Translations under genes and position numbers: made by a program | Assembly (NCBI GenBank): GCA_944349515.1 | Contig: CALVNE010000001.1 | Span: 87,232-151,231 of the forward strand | Length of the DNA: 64,000 nt | Origin: an uncultured Clostridia bacterium | GTDB taxonomy: Bacteria > Bacillota > Clostridia > Christensenellales > UBA1242 | Direction: 5' to 3' | Notes under the pieces: generated by a model | What the model was told of the DNA's origin: nothing | Database searches by the model: none | What the model saw: only the letters and a program-made list of their open reading frames with translations | Shown here: one piece after another, positions 57,652 through 64,000 of the stretch | How the letters are laid out: the number at the start of each line of letters is the position of its first letter | Position numbering within the stretch: position 1 is the first letter of the stretch

Positions 57652-58692
57652 ATGAGCGAAGAATTTAATTTAGATTTAATTGATAAAACTTTCACAACCT
57701 ACAAAAAAGGACAAGTTTTCGACGGCGTGGTGTTGCTTAAGCGCGAGGACGGAGTGATTTTCAATATTGGCGGAAAGAATGATGCCTTTATTCCGTCAAG
57801 CGATTTTGATAATTTTGATGATGTTAAGATTGGCGACAGATTTTCGGTGATTATCACAAAGCAGAAAAATGAAGAGGGCTTGATTGAGGCAAGTATGAGG
57901 CTTGCGCGCGATTTGAAAATTGCCAACCAAAATGCGCAATCTCTCCGCCTTGGAAGTAAGTTCACCTTTGTTGTGACAAGTGTGAACAACGGCGGACTTC
58001 ATTCGAAACTTGGCGACTACACAGTGTTTGTGCCGGCGGGCGAGGCGTCACTTAAATATGTGAGAGATTTAAAGAGTTTTGTCGGCAAGCAGTTAGAGGT
58101 GATTGTCACTGAAATTGACCATGAGAAAAAGAGTATCGTGGCAAGTGCGAAACTTCTGCAAGAGCAGATTAGGGTGGCAACCGAAAATAACTTTTGGAAC
58201 TCCATATTTATCAACAAAATTGTGACTGGCAAAGTTAAAAAGAATATGCCGTATGGTGCGTTTGTTGAAGTGGATGGCGTGGATTGTTTCCTTCACATTT
58301 CAAACATCTCCTATGACAAACTTGAAAATGTCAGTGATGCTATTCATGAGGGCGAAACTTACACCTTTAAGGTGATAGGGCTTGATAGAGAGAATAAAAA
58401 GGTGGAACTTTCCCTTAAAGCGCTTTTGCCGGACCCTAAGATTGAACGCATAAAAGAACTTCAAGTGGGCGAAGTTTATACTGGCAAGGTGGTTAAACTT
58501 TTAAGATTTGGCGCGATTGTTAAAGTGCCAAATGGCGCAACTGGGCTTCTTCACATACAAAACTGCACAGAGAACCGAACAAAAAATATCTACGAACTTG
58601 TTAAAGTTGATGATGAGATTGAAGTTGAGGTTATAAGCAAAGACGAAGAAGAGGGCAAGGTTTCGTTTAAGCTCAAAAATATGATTAACTAA
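57652..58692 (+). CDS. rpsA: S1 RNA-binding domain protein (four S1 domains; ribosomal protein S1 homolog)
   Basis: It has four S1 motifs: GQVFDGVV, G..FTFVVT, VTGKVKKNMPYGAFVEV and YTGKVVKLLRFGAIVKV. Confidence 0.75.
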   Translation: MSEEFNLDLIDKTFTTYKKGQVFDGVVLLKREDGVIFNIGGKNDAFIPSSDFDNFDDVKIGDRFSVIITKQKNEEGLIEASMRLARDLKIANQNAQSLRLGSKFTFVVTSVNNGGLHSKLGDYTVFVPAGEASLKYVRDLKSFVGKQLEVIVTEIDHEKKSIVASAKLLQEQIRVATENNFWNSIFINKIVTGKVKKNMPYGAFVEVDGVDCFLHISNISYDKLENVSDAIHEGETYTFKVIGLDRENKKVELSLKALLPDPKIERIKELQVGEVYTGKVVKLLRFGAIVKVPNGATGLLHIQNCTENRTKNIYELVKVDDEIEVEVISKDEEEGKVSFKLKNMIN

Positions 58693-58820
58693 AATTTAGT
58701 GCGGACACCAACTACGCTTAACGCGGGTACGAAAAATAAATTTTCCTAATTGTTACTCAATTGTTTTAACAGCCCATAAGTTTGTATTGTTAACAAATTT
58801 AAAATTTATTTAAAATTTAG

Positions 58821-58849
58821 GTGACAAAAATTTGTTAGTTTGTTATAAT
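58821..58849 (+). promoter_or_regulatory. Promoter, GTGACA-17-TATAAT, driving the metK leader
   Basis: The box spacing is exact. Confidence 0.55.
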
Positions 58850-58856
58850 GTTAATA

Positions 58857-58982
58857 TATCCATAGAGAGTGTGCGAGGGACAGCCCCTTTGACCACACAG
58901 CAACCTACATTTTGCAAGGTGCTAATGGCTGACCGATGGTGCTTTAAAAATTTATTTAACCATCGGAAACGATGGTTTTTTC
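58857..58982 (+). promoter_or_regulatory. SAM-I (S-box) riboswitch with terminator
   Basis: The aptamer reads CCATAGAGAGTGTGCGAGGGACAGCCCCTTTGACCACACAGCAACC...AGGTGCTAATGG...CGATGG. The terminator AACCATCG-gaaa-CGATGGTT plus T-run lies at 58958-58981. It sits upstream of metK. Confidence 0.9.
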
Positions 58983-59105
58983 TTACTCTCTTTGGCTTAA
59001 AAGGAGGAGAGTATGTGGTGAAAAGAAGTATTAAATATACAAATTTGTGGTTTCAATAAAACTTACTTTGATAAATATATAAAATAATAAAAAGGAGAGA
59101 AAAAA

Positions 59106-60227
59106 ATGAAAAAGATAGTTACAAGTGAAAGTGTAAACATCGGGCATCCAGATAAAACCTGCGATTATATCGCCGATTGCTTTCTTGATGAGGCATTAAA
59201 GCAGGATAAATTTAGTCAAATGGCGGTGGAGTGCGCCATAAAAAACAACAAACTTTTCATATACGGCGAGGCGACAACCAGCGCAAAGTTAGACTATGAA
59301 AAGATTGCCTTAAAAGCACTTAGAGAAATTGGTTATAAGGAAGATTTTGAGATAATAAAAGAAATTAGCGAGCAAAGCGCGGAGTTAAACCGAGCGGTGG
59401 TCAAAGATAAACTTTGCGCCAACGACCAAGGCTTAGTGTTTGGATACGCCACAAATGAAACGCCGGAGTTTATGCCTCTGCCAATTATGGTAGCACATAA
59501 GTTGATGATGAACTATGATGAATTTAGGCGTAAAGATGAAAATTTCTTTTTTGATGCAAAAAGTCAAGTTTCAGTTTTATATGAAGATGATAAGCCTAAG
59601 TATATCACAAACATCTTAGTAAGTGTGTCACATAGCGAAGATATTTCAAACGAAGAGATTTGTAAAAGAATATTAGAAAATGTCGTTTTAAAAACACTTG
59701 CAGAATATGAAAATTATTATAACGATAAAACTAAGATTATGATAAATCCAAGTGGTAGATTTACTATATATGGAAGCTACGGCGATTCGGGTTGCGTGGG
59801 CAGAAAGATTGTTGTGGATAGTTACGGCGGAGTGGCGCGTGTTGGAGGCGGGTGTTTCTCTTCTAAAAATGCCACCAAAGTGGATAGAAGTGGGGCATAT
59901 TATGCACGATACGTGGCAAAAAATATTGTGGCGAATAATCTTGCTGAACGTTGCGAGGTGGAAGCGGACTATGCGATTGGGCTTGAGAATGCACTCAATA
60001 TCAACATTGACTGCTTTGGAACGAACAAATTGCCAATGGAAGAGATTTATGAGATTGTGAAAAGTAATTTTGATTTTTCCCTTCAAAATATCATAACAGA
60101 ACTTGACCTTTTAAAGCCAATTTATAAAAATACGGCATGCTTTGGGCATTTTGGAAGGGAAGAATTTAGTTGGGAGAAGGTTAAGGCGAACCTTCGGTTC
60201 GCAGTGAAGCAAACGCAAAGCGTTTGA
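59106..60227 (+). CDS. metK: S-adenosylmethionine synthetase (divergent, 373 aa)
   Basis: It has SESVNIGHPDKTCD, NDQGLVFGYA, GRKIVVDSYGG and KVDRSGAYYARY. Its last ~15 codons overlap the hairpin array. Confidence 0.9.
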   Translation: MKKIVTSESVNIGHPDKTCDYIADCFLDEALKQDKFSQMAVECAIKNNKLFIYGEATTSAKLDYEKIALKALREIGYKEDFEIIKEISEQSAELNRAVVKDKLCANDQGLVFGYATNETPEFMPLPIMVAHKLMMNYDEFRRKDENFFFDAKSQVSVLYEDDKPKYITNILVSVSHSEDISNEEICKRILENVVLKTLAEYENYYNDKTKIMINPSGRFTIYGSYGDSGCVGRKIVVDSYGGVARVGGGCFSSKNATKVDRSGAYYARYVAKNIVANNLAERCEVEADYAIGLENALNINIDCFGTNKLPMEEIYEIVKSNFDFSLQNIITELDLLKPIYKNTACFGHFGREEFSWEKVKANLRFAVKQTQSV

Positions 60228-60330
60228 GTGAAGGGAAGGCGGAGCCTTCCAGTGAAGGAGCACTAAAGTGTTCAGTGAAGAGAAATCTTGCGATTTCTAG
60301 TGAAGGCAAACCTTGCGGTTTGCAGTTGTG
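60178..60330 (+). repeat. Array of six unrelated 7-bp-stem hairpins separated by the invariant heptamer AGTGAAG
   Basis: The hairpins lie at 60186-60202, 60210-60226, 60234-60250, 60258-60273, 60281-60298 and 60306-60323. AGTGAAG starts at 60203, 60227, 60251, 60274 and 60299. Confidence 0.9.
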
Positions 60331-60344
60331 GAAAATTTTAAAGA

Positions 60345-60366
60345 CAAACGCTAGCCCGTTTTTTTC
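60345..60366 (+). terminator. Weak candidate metK terminator
   Basis: AAACG-ctagcc-CGTTT followed by T-run. The stem is only 5 bp. Confidence 0.3.
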
Positions 60367-60457
60367 CTTCACTCTTCACTCTTCACTTTCTAAATTTATC
60401 AAAAACTCTTCACTGCGAGCCAATGGCTCGCCTTCACTTTATTCTCTTCACTTTTTT
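60367..60457 (-). repeat. Six AGTGAAG heptads in inverted orientation (CTTCACT on +), one flanked hairpin
   Basis: CTTCACT starts at 60367, 60374, 60381, 60408, 60432 and 60446. The hairpin GCGAGCC-aat-GGCTCGC lies at 60415-60431. The last heptad is followed by T6. Confidence 0.85.
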
Positions 60458-60558
60458 AGTTAAGTTAAAGAAATATATTGATTTCTTTGACTTATTTTTT
60501 TATATTTGTTAAAATATTTTTGCAAGGATTTGCAAAATCTTTTATTTTGGAGAGAAAT

Positions 60559-61563
60559 ATGAAAGTTGTTGTGGACGCTTTTGGTGGCGATAATGCTCCT
60601 AAGGAAGTGGTGGAAGGCGCCATTATGGCGGTAAATCAAAATAAAGGCCTCACCGTTGTTTTAACCGGCGACGAGAAGAAGATTAAAGAGGTTTTAAACA
60701 GCAGAAATGAGCGTATTGAAATTGTGCACTCAAGCGAGGTCATCACAAATGACGACACGCCGACGGTTGCGATAAGGCAGAAGAAGGACTCTTCGCTTGT
60801 TAAGGCGTTTGACCTTTTGAAAGAAGATAAGGATGTTATCGGGCTGGTGTCTGCGGGTAGCACGGGCGCCATACTTTCTGGCGCAATTATGAAGATAGGG
60901 CGCATTAAGGGCATATCGCGCCCAGCACTTGGACCTATTCTTCCAACTAAAAAGGGAAGCGATGTGATAATTATCGACAGCGGTGCGAATGTTGACTGCA
61001 AGAGCATAAACCTACTCCACTTTGCCATTATGGGCAGCGCGTATTACTCGATTGTGGAAGGTGTGGAGCATCCGCGCATTGCGCTACTCAACAACGGAAC
61101 GGAAGAGCATAAGGGCAACGAACTTGTGAAAGAAACCTACCCTCTTATGAAGAAACTGCCGATAAACTTTGTTGGCAATGTGGAAGGCAAGGAAGTTATG
61201 TCTGGCAATGTCGATGTTATAGTCACTGACGGCTTTGCTGGAAATGCGCTTTTGAAAGGTGTGGAGGGCACTGCAAGCGCGATTCTTTCGGTATTAAAAA
61301 GTGAGATAAAATCTAGACCTATGTCTATGATAGGCGCGCTTTTCATGAAAAAGACTTTTAAATCACTTAAAACCAAACTTGACGCCAACAAGCACGGCGG
61401 TGCACCATTCTTGGGCGTTAAAAAACTTATTGTGAAGAACCACGGCTCATGCGGTCGCGACAATATACTAGCGTCTATCAATCAGGTTGTCAAACTTCAT
61501 GAAAACAACCTTATTGAAAAAATTGAAAAGATGATTGGAGATATGAACATTGAAGAAAATTGA
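60559..61563 (+). CDS. plsX: Phosphate acyltransferase PlsX
   Basis: It starts MKVVVDAFGGDNAP after the RBS GGAGAG. The track's upstream extension is spurious. Confidence 0.92.
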   Translation: MKVVVDAFGGDNAPKEVVEGAIMAVNQNKGLTVVLTGDEKKIKEVLNSRNERIEIVHSSEVITNDDTPTVAIRQKKDSSLVKAFDLLKEDKDVIGLVSAGSTGAILSGAIMKIGRIKGISRPALGPILPTKKGSDVIIIDSGANVDCKSINLLHFAIMGSAYYSIVEGVEHPRIALLNNGTEEHKGNELVKETYPLMKKLPINFVGNVEGKEVMSGNVDVIVTDGFAGNALLKGVEGTASAILSVLKSEIKSRPMSMIGALFMKKTFKSLKTKLDANKHGGAPFLGVKKLIVKNHGSCGRDNILASINQVVKLHENNLIEKIEKMIGDMNIEEN

Positions 61564-62179
61564 TGAAAAATTAGGCGTGGAGTTTAAAAACAGAAAGTAT
61601 ATCGACGAGGCGCTCACTCATCCGTCCAAATCTAAAAATAACTATCAGCGTTTGGAGTTTTTGGGCGACAGCATTTTAGACTTTTTGGTCGGCGAATATC
61701 TCTTTTTAAACTCCAATAAGTCAGAGGGCGATTTAACGGTGCTTCGCGCCCACTTTGTCTCCGAGGAATATCTTTCTGAGTGTTTCGATAAACTTGACGT
61801 AGAGAGCGAGTTAAATTTAGGCAAAAGTTTGCAAGGTAAGGTGACACGCGCCATTAAGGGCGATATTTTTGAGGCGATAATAGGCGCGATATACCTTGAA
61901 AAAGGCATTGAGTTTACAAGAAATTTCATAATCGAAAAATTGAATTTAGAGAACTTTGAAAATGTTGAGGACGATAACTATAAATCGCAACTTCAAGAAC
62001 TTGTGCAGGCGAATTTTAAATGCACAATGAAGTATGTGACCGAGCGCGAGGGCGACAACTTTGTTTCCAAATTTTACATGGACGAGGACCTAATTTCCAC
62101 CGGCTATGGCAAGGACAAAATTAGTGCCGAGCAGAACGCCGCCTTTGTTGCCATCAAAAAACTTTTTAAAGACGAGTGA
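61550..62179 (+). CDS. rnc: Ribonuclease III
   Basis: It has ERLEFLGDSILDF-type signature (QRLEFLGDSILDFLV) and a C-terminal dsRBD. The TTG start lies 9 nt after GGAG and overlaps the plsX stop. Confidence 0.88.
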   Translation: MKKIDEKLGVEFKNRKYIDEALTHPSKSKNNYQRLEFLGDSILDFLVGEYLFLNSNKSEGDLTVLRAHFVSEEYLSECFDKLDVESELNLGKSLQGKVTRAIKGDIFEAIIGAIYLEKGIEFTRNFIIEKLNLENFENVEDDNYKSQLQELVQANFKCTMKYVTEREGDNFVSKFYMDEDLISTGYGKDKISAEQNAAFVAIKKLFKDE

Positions 62180-62294
62180 TTTTAGTTTCTAATTAAAAAA
62201 ATTTAAGCCGAAAAATTTGTAAAATATTAAAAATCTTTTTGAATGCTAGGCGAGATGTGATAAAATATTTTTAGTTTAATTTAAGGATAAAGTT

Positions 62295-64000
62295 ATGTAT
62301 TTTAAGAAAATTGAGATGATTGGATTTAAGTCGTTTGCGGATAAGACCACCATTGAATTTAATGGCGGATTTACTGCTATTGTCGGACCTAACGGTTGCG
62401 GAAAGAGCAATGTTTCCGACGCTATCCGCTGGGTTTTGGGCGAGCAGAGCGCGAAGTCGCTTCGTGGCGACAATATGCAGGATGTCATCTTTAAAGGCAC
62501 GGAAAAGCGAAGAAGCCTATCATACTGCGAGGTGACATTGACTTTTGATAACACTGACAGATTTTTCAACATCTCATATGATGAGTTAAGTATAACAAGA
62601 AAACTTTATCGCTCTGGCGAAAGTGAATACCAAATCAACAAAAACACATGTAGGTTGAAGGACATCACCGACCTACTTTTTGACAGCGGTATCGGCAAAA
62701 ACGGCTATTCTGTTATCGGACAGGGTAAGGTCAGCGAGATTGTCGACGAAAAGCCAGAAGAGCGCCGAGCGATGTTTGAAGAGGCGGCAGGTATTGCCAA
62801 ATTTAAAAGCCGAAAGGATGAGGCGGAAAGAAAACTCCAACGCACGCGTGAAAATTTGGTGAGAATTGACGATATCGTTGCCGAAATTGAAAGGCAGATG
62901 GGACCACTTAAAAAGCAGGCTGAGGACGCCAAAAAATATTTGGAGTATAAAGGGCAACTTAAAGATTTAGAGGTCAACGCATACATCTATTCCTATGAAA
63001 ACGCGCACAATGTTAAGGCGGAGATTAACCAAAGACTGCAAGGTCTTGCCGAAGAACTCTTTAATCGTCAGGCGGAACTTGAAGATACCTCGAAAAAATA
63101 CGACGAAACGCTTGCCAAAATGGATAAGTTTGATAAGGAAATTTCTCATCTCAACGAGGAACTTCTTCGCGTCACCGTGGAAATTGAAAAGCAAGAGGGC
63201 GAAGTTAAGGTCATTCGCGAGAAAATCAACTACACGCAAAGAGAGAACGATAGACTCCACCTTGATTTATCCAATGCCAAAACCGTTTTAGAGAACTGCG
63301 AAGAGGCGCGCGTTGAGAAAAAGGCGGAGTTAGATAAACTTTCTGAGCGACTTGAAACACTGAAAAAGACCTATGCGGGCTTGTCTAATAAACATCTTGA
63401 AATTGTTGATGAGATGACGGCGAGTGAAAACGAGGCAGGGTTATCTCAACAAAAGTTTATCGACACCTTGGGTTCACTTGCCGATGTTAAAAGTAATGCG
63501 TCGCGCTATGAGGCAGAGAAGAACATTTTAAAGGAAAATTTAGAGAATTTAACAAAGAACTTAAACGAAGCGCAAGGAAAGGTAGAAAGTTTAAGAAAAT
63601 TGAACGCCGACACCTCCAAAAATGTCGAACTTCTTTCTAAGTCCTTTGAAGAAATCAAGGAAAATTGCAAAGATGTTGCCAGCAAAAACTTTATCTCCAC
63701 CAAAAAATTGCGAGATTTAGAGAACGATAAGGCGAACCTCGCCACACAGATTAAGGTGTATGAGAATAGACGCAAACTCCTTCTTGAAATGCAGGCAGAG
63801 TTTGAAGGCTATGCCTATGCGGTTAAAAAGATTTTAAAGGACAGCGAAAGAAACAGTGCGCTCAAAAGCAAAATGGTGGGCGTGCTTGCCTCTCTTATTA
63901 AAGTGCCTGCGCAGTTTGAAACGGCAGTTGAGGTGGCACTCGGCGCGGCAGTTCAAAACATCGTCACCTTCAACGAAAATGGAGCAAAGGACCTCATTGC
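62295..64000 (+). CDS. smc: Chromosome partition protein Smc (3' end lies outside the window)
   Basis: It is not in the ORF track because it is open-ended. It starts MYFKKIEMIGFKSFADKTTIEFNGGFTAIVGPNGCGKSNVSDAIRWVLGEQSAK, and a coiled-coil follows. The antisense ORFs listed in this span are shadows. Confidence 0.93.
   Translation, partial: MYFKKIEMIGFKSFADKTTIEFNGGFTAIVGPNGCGKSNVSDAIRWVLGEQSAKSLRGDNMQDVIFKGTEKRRSLSYCEVTLTFDNTDRFFNISYDELSITRKLYRSGESEYQINKNTCRLKDITDLLFDSGIGKNGYSVIGQGKVSEIVDEKPEERRAMFEEAAGIAKFKSRKDEAERKLQRTRENLVRIDDIVAEIERQMGPLKKQAEDAKKYLEYKGQLKDLEVNAYIYSYENAHNVKAEINQRLQGLAEELFNRQAELEDTSKKYDETLAKMDKFDKEISHLNEELLRVTVEIEKQEGEVKVIREKINYTQRENDRLHLDLSNAKTVLENCEEARVEKKAELDKLSERLETLKKTYAGLSNKHLEIVDEMTASENEAGLSQQKFIDTLGSLADVKSNASRYEAEKNILKENLENLTKNLNEAQGKVESLRKLNADTSKNVELLSKSFEEIKENCKDVASKNFISTKKLRDLENDKANLATQIKVYENRRKLLLEMQAEFEGYAYAVKKILKDSERNSALKSKMVGVLASLIKVPAQFETAVEVALGAAVQNIVTFNENGAKDLI

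Noticed and set aside
58832-59059. The 75-aa ORF in the track upstream of metK.
   Set aside because: It overlaps the SAM-I riboswitch aptamer and terminator, so it is non-coding leader sequence.
60178-60459. CRISPR array.
   Set aside because: The conserved unit is only 7 nt and the variable units are 16-18-nt self-complementary palindromes. No cas genes or leader are present. This is not CRISPR.
60224-60463. The 79-aa ORF in the track (MSEGKAEPSSEGALKCS...).
   Set aside because: It is a translation of the hairpin/heptad array, and its SEG repeats come from AGTGAAG. It has no RBS and is not a credible gene.

Overview
This 64-kb window looks like a chromosomal core region of a low-GC Firmicute, probably a spore-forming, Clostridia-like organism, since ytfI/ytfJ (gerW), spoIIM-like and dac genes are present. 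About 50 genes are present, almost all on the + strand. In order they are:
- rpoB (5' end cut by the window edge), an orphan ORF, rpoC and a second orphan ORF
- serS (-), ftsA-ftsZ, glmS and an 886-aa sigma-like gene
- rpsL-rpsG-fusA-tuf, sepF-lspA-rluD and tRNA-Thr(CGU) (-)
- an M16 peptidase, a YhhN::Fe-ADH fusion with an ALDH, and a dnaB(DnaD-type)-dnaI operon (-)
- an M1 lipoprotein peptidase, a divergent XRE pair and trpS-alaS
- two envelope proteins, spoIIM-like (-), an MBL hydrolase, murI and a DUF1846 gene (-)
- ytfI-ytfJ-dac-rluB, a flavoprotein, plsC and an ankyrin-like cassette
- an S1-domain protein, a SAM-I riboswitch with metK, and plsX-rnc-smc (3' end cut by the window edge)

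I found no CRISPR array, transposase, integrase or recognisable defence genes. The unusual content is mainly non-coding or architectural:
1. In the metK 3' region, six sequence-unrelated 7-bp-stem hairpins are separated by an invariant heptamer, AGTGAAG. Related hairpin-free heptad arrays lie nearby in direct and inverted orientation.
2. An AT-rich 886-aa sigma(2+4)-type protein carries six extra sigma-region-4-like HTH modules.
3. A roughly 35-bp palindromic interspersed element occurs four times.
4. A GC-rich multi-hairpin element lies between trpS and alaS.
5. A three-hairpin RNA module is duplicated in a 1.07-kb insert that splits rpoB from rpoC.
6. A tRNA-Thr 3'-fragment duplication carries an internal micro-inversion.
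7. A consensus promoter plus intrinsic terminator leader sits upstream of rpsL.

All calls come from reading the sequence and the supplied translations. No database search or folding computation was run.
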